Positions 1 to 7,597 of a DNA stretch of 32,000 nucleotides are shown here, in pieces. Position 1 is the first letter of the stretch, and each line of letters begins with the position of its first letter. Position numbers and translations under genes: made by a program. Below the pieces are notes generated by a model. That model did no database searches, had not been told where the DNA came from, and worked only from the letters and a program-made list of their open reading frames with translations. Location: the NCBI RefSeq assembly GCF_001462395.1, contig NZ_LNTB01000001.1:286400-318399 (forward strand), in the 5' to 3' direction. This DNA is from Pyrodictium occultum. GTDB taxonomy: Archaea > Thermoproteota > Thermoprotei_A > Sulfolobales > Pyrodictiaceae.

Positions 1-45
1 AGGGGTGCCGGCAGCCCCCTGGGGCCTCTTCGACCCCGCCGTGAG

Positions 46-1035
46 GTGTGGGCCCTGCCCCTTCTAGAGAAGGCTCTGCAGCTCATCGAGGAGGTGCCGT
101 GCATAGCCGACGCCCATGTCCACCTGGTTGATAACCGCAGCCCCTGGGAGCTGGCGCTGGAGCTGGCCGGCTACCGCGTCTCCCTGGCCCAGGTCATGGA
201 GATCCGGCCCCCTGCCGAGCTTGTGGCGGCGAGGAGCCAGCGCGTGCTAGCCAGGGCCTGGAGGGCGGCGGAGCCCGTGCTGAGGAGGCTCGCGCCCTGG
301 CTGCTGGAGCACTACGAGACCCCGGACCGGCTGCTGGCCGAGACCCTCATCTTCCTCTCGCGCTTCGGCCCCGTGGAGCCCCGCGAGAGCCCCAGCGGGG
401 CGAGGCTCGTGTTCTACGCCGACCCGGAGCCGAGCCGGGGCCCCGGGGAGGTGTATGAGGCCGCCCGGAGGAGGCTCGGGGAGGGCTACCGGGGGCTCAA
501 GCTGATCACGACGATGCACATGGTGTGGCCGGACTCGAAGGAGGTCGAGGAGGTGTTCGAGGCCGCCGAGGAGAAGGCCGTGCCCGTCCTCGTCCACGCG
601 GGCTGCGACCCCGGCCTCTGGGAGCTGCCCGCCTTCTGCAGCCTCGGCAACCCGGAGCGGCTCGAGAGGGCCATAGCCACGCACCGGGACGTGCCGGTGA
701 TAATAGCCCACGCGGGCGGCTACAGCGCGGCCGCGCCCGGCGTGTTCACCGAGGAGGCGGTGAAGCTGGCCCGCCGCTACCCCAACGTCTACCTCGACAC
801 GAGCGCCGTGCCCCTGGATGTCCTCGAGATAGTAGTCTCGAGCCTCCCGGCCGGGAAGATACTGCACGCCAGCGACTACCCGGTGGTGGAGGAGGACACT
901 CCGGCCAGGAGCGCCGCCCGGCTCGTGGCGGCTGCACTGCGGAGGGGCCGGGGGCGCGGCGAGCTAGAGGCGATGCTCTACCGGAACCTCGAGGAGCTGC
1001 TCGGCGTGGAGTGCAGGCCTCTGGAGCCGCCCTAG
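46..1035 (+). CDS. TIM-barrel metal-dependent amidohydrolase family protein (substrate unknown)
   Basis: GTG-start 329-aa ORF. Motifs ADAHVHL near the N-terminus, VLVHAG, IIAHAGG and HASDYP fit the metal-ligand pattern of amidohydrolase-2-like TIM-barrel hydrolases. G/C-ending codon usage is typical of the window. Confidence 0.75.
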   Translation: MWALPLLEKALQLIEEVPCIADAHVHLVDNRSPWELALELAGYRVSLAQVMEIRPPAELVAARSQRVLARAWRAAEPVLRRLAPWLLEHYETPDRLLAETLIFLSRFGPVEPRESPSGARLVFYADPEPSRGPGEVYEAARRRLGEGYRGLKLITTMHMVWPDSKEVEEVFEAAEEKAVPVLVHAGCDPGLWELPAFCSLGNPERLERAIATHRDVPVIIAHAGGYSAAAPGVFTEEAVKLARRYPNVYLDTSAVPLDVLEIVVSSLPAGKILHASDYPVVEEDTPARSAARLVAAALRRGRGRGELEAMLYRNLEELLGVECRPLEPP

Positions 1036-1108
1036 GGCCCCCAGGGTAGCCCCCAGGGGCCAGGATAAGAGGGCCTGGCCCCCGGGAGGCACTGTACGGG
1101 GTGGTATC

Positions 1109-1504
1109 GTGGGGTGCGTCTGCGTATCAGTGGCGACGGATGACGGGGAGAGGGTCAAGCTAGGCCACTTCGGGGATGCCCGCTACTACCTCCACTACGT
1201 CCGCTGCGGCAGCGAGGGCTGGAGGCTGGAGAGGAGGGTTGAGAACCCCTACGCCAGCCGCGGCCACGGCTCCGAGGAGCACGGGGAGCACGGGGGGAAG
1301 GGCCACGGGGGTAAGAGGGCCAAGATACTCGAGCTGAACAGGGGCTGCAACGCTATAGTCGCGACCGCGCTGGGGCCCGGCGGCAGGGAGTTCATGGAGA
1401 AGCACGGGCTGCGGGTGATAATAGTCAGGCCCTATACCAGCATCGAGGAGGCGCTGAGGAGGGCTGAGGAGGAGCTGGGCCTGGCCCGCGCCGCCAGGGG
1501 CTAG
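1109..1504 (+). CDS. NifB/NifX-like (dinitrogenase FeMo-cofactor biosynthesis domain) small protein
   Basis: 131-aa ORF. VATDDGERVKLGHFGDARYY and NAIVATALGPGGREFMEKHGLRV match the stand-alone NifX/NifB-C-terminal-like domain common in archaea. It contains a His/Gly-rich loop, HGSEEHGEHGGKGHGG. Confidence 0.7.
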   Translation: MGCVCVSVATDDGERVKLGHFGDARYYLHYVRCGSEGWRLERRVENPYASRGHGSEEHGEHGGKGHGGKRAKILELNRGCNAIVATALGPGGREFMEKHGLRVIIVRPYTSIEEALRRAEEELGLARAARG

Positions 1505-2574
1505 CCCCGGAGTATCCTCTCGGCTATCGAGTCCACCTCCGTGCGGAGCGGGTCCACGGCCGGCGCCATATAGGTCCTCGTGTACTCCTCCTCTATCCTC
1601 TTTGCCTCCTCGGGGCTGTAGGCGCTGGTGTTCAGCGTTATCCCGGCCAGCACGGCGTCGGGGTAGGGGTTGAGGGCCCGGAGGAGCGCCAGCTCCTCGC
1701 CGGGCTCCGGGACGCGGAGGGGCTTCCAGGCGTGGCTGAACGCAGCCCTCCAGCGGCGGCCGGGGACGTGGGCCACCACTATGTGGGTCGGCGAGGCGCC
1801 GCGCAGGATGCCGAGGGAGACGTGGCCATAGGCCTCGTGGGTCACCGCCGCCTGGCCCTCTATAACCGCTATCTTGCAGCCCCTCTCATACTCCTCCACT
1901 ATCACCTGCTCCAGGGCCCCGGCCACGAAGTCGCTCGGCACCGCGTCCATGACCAGGCCCCGGGCGCCTAGGAGGAGCATGGTCTGCCCCGTCCCTATCA
2001 TGCAGGCGCTGGCCCCCCTTTCCTCTAGGGCCCGGTAGAGCGTGTAGGTCGCAATATTCTTCCCGGCCTCGCAGTCCGTCCCGGCTACGAGGACGCGCTT
2101 CATCTCCGTGCCCAGCACCCTGCCGTCCCAGACCCGGAAGTACCGGGGGTCGGGCTTGCGGACGTCAACAATCCTGGCCCCTCCCCTCTCCGCTGCCTCC
2201 CGCAGCTCCGGGTCGTCGGAGAGGAAGGTGTGGAGCCCGCTGTAGACGTCGAGCCCCGCCTCCAGGGCGTCGCGGATGTCCCTCCTCCACTCCCCGGGCA
2301 GCCTCCCGCCCACCGGCGCGGCGCCCAGGATGATCGCCTCCGCGCCGGCCTCGATGGCCTCGCGGAGGCTCCTCACCACCGGTATGCCTTTCCTCCCGAG
2401 CCCCAGCACCTCGCCGGCGTCGCGGCCGGCGTTGAATGGGTCAACCACGGCCACAAGGTTCCATAGGAGGCCCCCGTCGAATATTACCAGGTCGTGGCCC
2501 GTCTTCCCCTCCTCCCTGCCGTAGGCGCCGGGGGCGTAGACAGCCGCCCTCCTCCTACCCTCGTGGTACACCAT
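1501..2574 (-). CDS. DUF1611 family protein (family of D-glutamate N-acetyltransferase DgcN as I recall it)
   Basis: The ORF track gives 1501..2637. I prefer the ATG at 2574 (MVYHEGRR...). The P-loop-like VLVAGTDCEAGKNIATYTL and overall layout fit DUF1611. It is divergently paired with an enolase-superfamily epimerase gene, a known conserved pairing. Confidence 0.75.
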   Translation of the reverse strand: MVYHEGRRRAAVYAPGAYGREEGKTGHDLVIFDGGLLWNLVAVVDPFNAGRDAGEVLGLGRKGIPVVRSLREAIEAGAEAIILGAAPVGGRLPGEWRRDIRDALEAGLDVYSGLHTFLSDDPELREAAERGGARIVDVRKPDPRYFRVWDGRVLGTEMKRVLVAGTDCEAGKNIATYTLYRALEERGASACMIGTGQTMLLLGARGLVMDAVPSDFVAGALEQVIVEEYERGCKIAVIEGQAAVTHEAYGHVSLGILRGASPTHIVVAHVPGRRWRAAFSHAWKPLRVPEPGEELALLRALNPYPDAVLAGITLNTSAYSPEEAKRIEEEYTRTYMAPAVDPLRTEVDSIAERILRG

Positions 2575-2687
2575 GGGCACGGCGCGGCACCCTGCAGGGG
2601 CCTGGCTGCGCGGGTTCTCAGGGGAGGCTCCGCCCATCCTCTTTTTGAACCCAGCGGGCGCCCGGTGGGCTGCCCGGGGCCGCGGGC

Positions 2688-3911
2688 TTGCCGCGCATAG
2701 AGAGGGTGGAGGCCTGGAGGATCCGCGCGGGGCTGCGCGGGGTCTTCCGCATCTCCTACGCCGCCCACGCGGAGCTGGAGAACATCGCCGTGGCCGTCGC
2801 GCTGGACGACGGCACCACAGGCTACGGGGAGGCCGCGCCCGCGCCCAGGGTGACGTGGGAGAGCCTCGAGGCGGTCGAGGCCTACGCCAGGGAGGCTGGG
2901 GAGAGGCTCCGGGGCCTTAGGCTCCCCGACGAGCTGGGGGAGGCGCTCCGCAGGGTCCACGCCGGGGCCCCGGGCTTCTCCTCCGCCCGCGCCGCCCTCG
3001 AGGCCGCGGTGCTGGACGCCGCGTCCAGGGCTCTCGGCGTGCCGCTCTACACGCTCCTCGGGGGCAGGCTCCGCTCGGGCCTGGAGACGGACTACACCGT
3101 CTCCCTCCCCGGGGGCGAGGCGCTGGAGGAGATCCGGAGGGGGAGGGGCAGGCTCCGGGAGGCCTTCATAGAGGCCGTCGAGTACCTTGTCGGATCCCGC
3201 TCCCAGCCCCCGGGAGACGCCCCGTTTCCCCTGCCCCGGGTCCAGGGCTTCCGCGTGCTCAAGGTGAAGCTCGGCACAGGCAGGCTTGAGGACGATGTGC
3301 TCCTCGCCGAGACGGTCTACGAGGCGTCCGGGGGCAGGGCGGTGGTAAGGGTCGACGCCAACCAGGCCTGGAGCCCCAAGCAGGCTGTCCGGGTTATCCG
3401 GAGGCTGGAGAGGAGCCTGGGGACCGCGCTCGAGCTCGTCGAGCAGCCCGTGCCCGCCGGGGCCCTGGAGGGGCTGGCCGAGGTCAGGAGGGCCGTGGAG
3501 ACCCCGGTGGCGGCCGACGAGTCAGCCAGGAGCCTCGAGGAGATAGCCAGGGTTGCCTCGATGAGGGCCGCGGACGTGGTCAACATAAAGGTGGCCAAGG
3601 TGGGCGGCCCGCTCCAGGCGGCCCGGGCGGCCTCGCTCCTAGAGGCCCACGGGCTGGAGGCCATGTGGGGGTGCATGGTGGAGACCGGGCTGGGCATCGC
3701 CCAGGCGCTCCACCCGGCCCTAGCGAGCGCCGCGACCAGGTACGTGGACCTCGACTCGCCCCTCTTCCTCAGGGAGAACCCGGTGGAGAACCCGCCCAGG
3801 TACCGGGCCCGGGCCGGGAGGGTGGAGCTGGAGCCCCCTGGGGGCCCAGGCCTGGGTCCCAGGCCCCGCCGCGGGGCTACTGGGCCAGCTCCGCAGTCCT
3901 CCGGGCTATGA
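2688..3911 (+). CDS. Enolase-superfamily (MLE subgroup) dipeptide epimerase / N-acyl-amino-acid racemase-like enzyme
   Basis: TTG start, 407 aa. It has the KxK motif (FRVLKVKLG), metal ligands in VRVDANQAW, LVEQPV and AADES, and a second catalytic Lys region NIKVAKVGG. These are hallmarks of the muconate-lactonizing-enzyme subgroup, which includes L-Ala-D/L-Glu epimerases. Confidence 0.85.
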   Translation: MPRIERVEAWRIRAGLRGVFRISYAAHAELENIAVAVALDDGTTGYGEAAPAPRVTWESLEAVEAYAREAGERLRGLRLPDELGEALRRVHAGAPGFSSARAALEAAVLDAASRALGVPLYTLLGGRLRSGLETDYTVSLPGGEALEEIRRGRGRLREAFIEAVEYLVGSRSQPPGDAPFPLPRVQGFRVLKVKLGTGRLEDDVLLAETVYEASGGRAVVRVDANQAWSPKQAVRVIRRLERSLGTALELVEQPVPAGALEGLAEVRRAVETPVAADESARSLEEIARVASMRAADVVNIKVAKVGGPLQAARAASLLEAHGLEAMWGCMVETGLGIAQALHPALASAATRYVDLDSPLFLRENPVENPPRYRARAGRVELEPPGGPGLGPRPRRGATGPAPQSSGL

Positions 3912-4428
3912 GCCTCCTTCCCTGAGGGGCACGGCTGCAGAGGCTCCAGTGGATGGCGTAGAGCATGTAGCTAGCCGCCTCCAGCAGCATGGAGATGCGG
4001 CTGGCCAGCTCCCGGGGCACCTCCCCCTCCTCGTGGGCCCGGGCGATCAGCCTGTCGCCGGCCCGGAGCCTGGCCATGGCGAGCACTATGTCGGGGTCCT
4101 CGGGGCTGCAGCCAGTGAGGCTCCAGCCGCCGGGCCGCTCGAGGCCCCGGGCGGCCTCCTCTATGAGCCGCAGGGGCTGCCCCGGGTCCACGGCGCCTGC
4201 CAGGACGCCGGGGAGGAGGCGGATGGCGCGCTGGAGGAGGTAGAGCCTCTCCGCGGTGGCGGGGTCGCGGGCCTCCAGCTGCAGCCTGGCCCTGGCTATG
4301 AGGGCCTCGGCCTCCTCGACCGCGCCGTAGAGCTCGATCACCGGGCTGTGCTTGGGGAGCCTCACCAGCCTCCCTGCTATCACTGCCTCCGTGTCCAGGC
4401 CGGTCCCGCCGTGGCAGGCGTCGGCCAT
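3877..4428 (-). CDS. PduO-type ATP:cob(I)alamin adenosyltransferase-like protein (divergent)
   Basis: GGTGLDTEAVIAGRLVRLPKHSPVIELYGAVEEAEALIARA parallels the PduO-type N-terminal pattern GDxGxTsL..G.rv.K....iEayG.vDEL...iG. Start chosen at ATG 4428 because a TTATAG box lies about 35 nt upstream, whereas the longer GTG start at 4458 abuts that box. The 3' end overlaps the epimerase gene by 35 nt. Confidence 0.5.
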   Translation of the reverse strand: MADACHGGTGLDTEAVIAGRLVRLPKHSPVIELYGAVEEAEALIARARLQLEARDPATAERLYLLQRAIRLLPGVLAGAVDPGQPLRLIEEAARGLERPGGWSLTGCSPEDPDIVLAMARLRAGDRLIARAHEEGEVPRELASRISMLLEAASYMLYAIHWSLCSRAPQGRRLIARRTAELAQ

Positions 4429-4459
4429 CTGCACAGGAGGCTCCCTCAGAAGTAACACC

Positions 4460-4465
4460 CTATAA
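4460..4465 (-). promoter_or_regulatory. TATA-like box (TTATAG on minus strand) for the adenosyltransferase-like gene
   Basis: Lies in the only AT-rich patch of the 4459-4484 spacer. The spacing predicts a near-leaderless transcript starting just upstream of ATG 4428. Confidence 0.35.
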
Positions 4466-4484
4466 GTGCAGTATTTATTCGTAT

Positions 4485-5225
4485 CTATGGAGAGGCGTGG
4501 AGCCCATGCATAGCCATGTATGATGCCACGGCGGGGCCATGCGCCGGGAGCAGCCCGGCGTGGTAGGCCGCCAGCAGGATGGCCAGGCTCACCAGGGGCA
4601 CGCTGATGTTATCGTCGACGAGCCCGGACTTCTCGGCCAGCGCGGCCGCGGCGGCGGCGAGGCCGCCCACGGGGCCCAGCATGGCCAGGCCCGCGGGGAG
4701 GCCCACCGCTAGGAAGCCGAGGGTGCCGTCCCAGCTCTTCACCCGGCGGCGCTGCCTTATCCCCCTTATTATCCCGGTGACCCCGTCGCCGAAGCTCATG
4801 AGGAATAGGGGGAGCACCGCTATCCTGACGTCGAAGGGCCAGGCCACGAGGACGGCTAGAGCCCAGCTTATGCAGTAGTAGACCTCGCTAATGTTACCGG
4901 GGTCCTGGAACCAGGTCATCAGCCTCCCCGTGCGGTGGGGGAGGTAGACGTAGGCGGCGAGCAGCAGGCCGAGGATGAAGGGCACCCAGGGCTCGCGGAA
5001 CACGAAGGGGACCAGGAGGGCTACCAGCCCGCCGGCCGCCATGTGGATAACCTTCCTGGCGAAGTAGATGCCCACCGCCTCGCCCCAGCGGCTGCGGGCC
5101 CGCTCGTAGCTCCAGCGGGCGAGCCCGTGGATGCTGAAGAGCACCCAGGCTGCCAGGGGGAGAGACCTGAGAAGGTCCTGGAGGAGGAGCCCCGTGTCGG
5201 CCCGGTAGGCCCCGAGGATGTCCAA
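4485..5225 (-). CDS. Polytopic membrane protein, CTP-dependent polyprenol (dolichol/phytol) kinase / cytidylyltransferase-family-like
   Basis: TTG start, 246 aa, several hydrophobic segments. SFGDGVTGIIRGI...RVKSWDGTLGFLAVG resembles the D..A..iG...g..k..gKS.eGs.a.f motif of dolichol/phytol kinases. Confidence 0.5.
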   Translation of the reverse strand: MDILGAYRADTGLLLQDLLRSLPLAAWVLFSIHGLARWSYERARSRWGEAVGIYFARKVIHMAAGGLVALLVPFVFREPWVPFILGLLLAAYVYLPHRTGRLMTWFQDPGNISEVYYCISWALAVLVAWPFDVRIAVLPLFLMSFGDGVTGIIRGIRQRRRVKSWDGTLGFLAVGLPAGLAMLGPVGGLAAAAAALAEKSGLVDDNISVPLVSLAILLAAYHAGLLPAHGPAVASYMAMHGLHASP

Positions 5226-5279
5226 CGCTATTGCCTACCTCCAGCCCTCTAGGGGCTGGATACCAGGGCCCCGGGCGGC

Positions 5280-5286
5280 TTATATA
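5280..5286. promoter_or_regulatory. TATA-like element TTATATA in a divergent intergenic region
   Basis: Near-palindromic TATA sequence between the minus-strand membrane-protein gene (start 5225) and the plus-strand gltB-like gene (start 5371). A second AT patch, GCTTTAAC, lies at about 5325-5332, closer to the plus-strand gene. Confidence 0.3.
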
Positions 5287-5370
5287 CTGTCCCTCCACCC
5301 CGGCAGCTGTCAGGGGAACGGATAGCTTTAACTGTGGGCTTCGCGTGGGCCCTGGCGCCGGGGCCGCATC

Positions 5371-7452
5371 GTGGCGCAGGTAAGGCTGCTGGCAAGCTAT
5401 AAGCCGCCAGTCGGCGGCGGCAGGACCCCAGAGTTCTGGAGCCGCGACAGGATACTGGCGGTGAGGTACGCCGCCACCAAGGGCTTGGAGAGGACAGTAG
5501 TTAGCATGCCCCGGGCCCGGGGCAGGCTCCTGGACAGGATGGGGATACGGGGCCTCAGCCCCAGGGAGGTCAACGAGCTGGCCAGGAAGCTGGGCCCGGA
5601 GGGGATAGACAGGCTGGACGTGGACGTGGGCCTCGAGTTTGCCGGCGCCAGGCTCCGGGTCCCAGTCTACCTCGGGGACATGAGCTTCGGAGCCCTATCC
5701 GGCAACCCCAACATAGCGCTCGCCAGGGCAGCCGACCTGGCCGGGGCCGTGGTGGGCGTCGGGGAGGGCGGCCTCCACCCCGAGGTGGGGAAGCACCGCA
5801 ACATAGTGATCCAGTGGGCGAGCGGCCGCTTCGGCGTGGACCGTGACATGCTCCGCCGGGGGCTCGCGGTGAACATCAAGATCGGCCAGGGGGCCAAGCC
5901 GGGGATAGGGGGCCACCTGCCCGGCAAGAAGGTGGTCGGCGACATCGCCAGGCTGCGCAAGCTCCCGCCGGGGAGCGAGGCGCTGAGCCCCGCGCCCCAC
6001 CACGACATCTACAGCATCGAGGACCTGGCGCAGAGGGTGAAGATGCTCCGCGAGCTCACGGGCCGCCCGGTGCTGGTGAAGACAGCTGCGACCAACCAGG
6101 TGGGCTTCGTCGCCCTCGGCACGGCCAGGGCGACCGCCATGGGGATTATAATCGATGGCGCGGGCGCCGGCACGGGGGCGACGCCGAGGATAGTGAGGGA
6201 CCACGTGGGGATGCCCGTCGACTACGCCGTGCCCGTGGCTGACAGGCTCCTCCGCGAGAACGGGCTCAGGGACGGCTTCCTGGTGATAGGTGGGGGCATG
6301 GTTTCGAGCGGCGAGGATATAGCTAAGCTTATCCTGCTCGGAGCCAACATGGCTAATATCGGTACCGCCGCTCTGCTGGCGGTGGGCTGCATAATGTGCC
6401 ATATATGCAACACGGGTAACTGCCCCACGGCGCTCACCAACAGGGTAGACAGCCCCCTGAAGCTCGACATAGACTGGGCAACGGCCAGGCTGGTTACCTG
6501 GCTTAGGGCGGTGGAGAGGAGCCTCAAGCTCATAACCTACGCGCTCGGCGAGGATAGCCTCCAGAAGCTCGTGGGCCGCCGCGACCTCCTCGAGCTCCAC
6601 AACGCGGACGAGCGCGTAGCCAAGGTGCTGGGCGTGGAGCTGGCGGAGCCCGGGCAGGTGGCCTGGTACGGCGACCCCAGCGAGGAGCCGGTGCCCCGCG
6701 AGGTCTACATGGAGGCTAAGACCCCCGTGCTGGGGATGGGCGGCTACGTGCCCGGCTACACGACGCCTGCCGAGAGGCCGCTGGACCTGCTCCGGATAGA
6801 GGCCGCCCAGGTGACGAGGCCGAGTGTGGACCCCTACCGGGAGGAGATAGACCTCAGGGTGAGGCTGCCCGGCGGCAGCGTCTACGAGGCCCCAATAGCA
6901 GTGCCCTGCCTCGAGGAGCCCCTGGCCGAGGCGGCCGAGGCGCTCGGCTACCCGCTCGAGTGTAGGCTGATGGAGCACCCCCATGCTGTGGCTGTCCCGC
7001 CCGGCGCCGAGCCCCCCGCGGGCGCGAGCCTCGTCATCGTGGACGAGGAGCTGAGGGGTGGCGGCGGCCGCTCCAAGCCCTGGCTGGAGGAGTGGGTGGT
7101 GAGGCTCGACGACGAGGCCTGGCGCCGGGGTGTGAGGGAGAGGGTGGCCATCGTCGCGGCCGGCGACCTGAGGAGCGCCGCCGATGTGTACAAGCTGCTG
7201 GCGCTGGGCGCTGACCTGGTGTCTGTGAGGAGGCCGCTGCGCTGGCTGCGGAGGAGGCTCTCGGGCTGGCCCTCAGAGAGGAGGAGGGAGGCCTACGAGA
7301 ACACGCTGATAGCCATGACCTGGGAGCTTAAGCTGCTGATGGGCGCCGGCGGGCTGACCAGCTACCAGAGCCTGCAGGGCAACCGGTGGCTCCTCCGCAG
7401 CCTCGACGGCGCCGTGGCCGAGAGGCTCGGGGTGCTGGTGGCCGGCGAGTAG
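5371..7452 (+). CDS. Glutamate synthase FMN-binding (GltB domain 2) family protein with a degenerate second copy of the domain
   Basis: 693 aa. The first ~440 aa carry DMSFGALS, IKIGQGAKPGIGGHLPGKKV, SPAPHHDIYSIEDL, IIDGAGAGTGATP, VIGGGMVSSGEDIAKLILLGA and a Cys cluster CIMCHICNTGNCP. The C-terminal ~250 aa repeat the outline of the same fold without the catalytic motifs (see findings). Confidence 0.85.
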   Translation: MAQVRLLASYKPPVGGGRTPEFWSRDRILAVRYAATKGLERTVVSMPRARGRLLDRMGIRGLSPREVNELARKLGPEGIDRLDVDVGLEFAGARLRVPVYLGDMSFGALSGNPNIALARAADLAGAVVGVGEGGLHPEVGKHRNIVIQWASGRFGVDRDMLRRGLAVNIKIGQGAKPGIGGHLPGKKVVGDIARLRKLPPGSEALSPAPHHDIYSIEDLAQRVKMLRELTGRPVLVKTAATNQVGFVALGTARATAMGIIIDGAGAGTGATPRIVRDHVGMPVDYAVPVADRLLRENGLRDGFLVIGGGMVSSGEDIAKLILLGANMANIGTAALLAVGCIMCHICNTGNCPTALTNRVDSPLKLDIDWATARLVTWLRAVERSLKLITYALGEDSLQKLVGRRDLLELHNADERVAKVLGVELAEPGQVAWYGDPSEEPVPREVYMEAKTPVLGMGGYVPGYTTPAERPLDLLRIEAAQVTRPSVDPYREEIDLRVRLPGGSVYEAPIAVPCLEEPLAEAAEALGYPLECRLMEHPHAVAVPPGAEPPAGASLVIVDEELRGGGGRSKPWLEEWVVRLDDEAWRRGVRERVAIVAAGDLRSAADVYKLLALGADLVSVRRPLRWLRRRLSGWPSERRREAYENTLIAMTWELKLLMGAGGLTSYQSLQGNRWLLRSLDGAVAERLGVLVAGE

Positions 7453-7475
7453 CCCGGGGCCGCCACGACCCACTC

Positions 7476-7482
7476 TTTATAA
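7476..7482 (+). promoter_or_regulatory. TATA-like box TTTATAA upstream of the GATase-GXGXG gene
   Basis: Only AT-rich heptamer in the 7453-7597 spacer. It lies about 47 nt before the GTG at 7529 and about 116 nt before the GTG at 7598. Confidence 0.3.
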
Positions 7483-7597
7483 CACTGCCCGGCGCCTATC
7501 CAGCCCCCTAGGCTCCCACCAAGGTGTAGTGTCGCCCCCCGGGCCCCGGGGAGAGGGCCTAGGGTGGACGCCACGCTCCCGGAGGGGTGGTGCAGGC

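Noticed and set aside
5695-6984. Long antisense ORF (429 aa) opposite the gltB-like gene. Similar long shadow ORFs occur at 8132-9460, 12422-13378, 14747-15679, 23088-24254, 25242-26117, 29170-29970 and 30070-31554.
   Set aside because: All are Arg/Pro/Gly/His-rich low-complexity translations lying opposite or out of frame to genes with clear family motifs. Long stop-free antisense frames are expected at this GC content.
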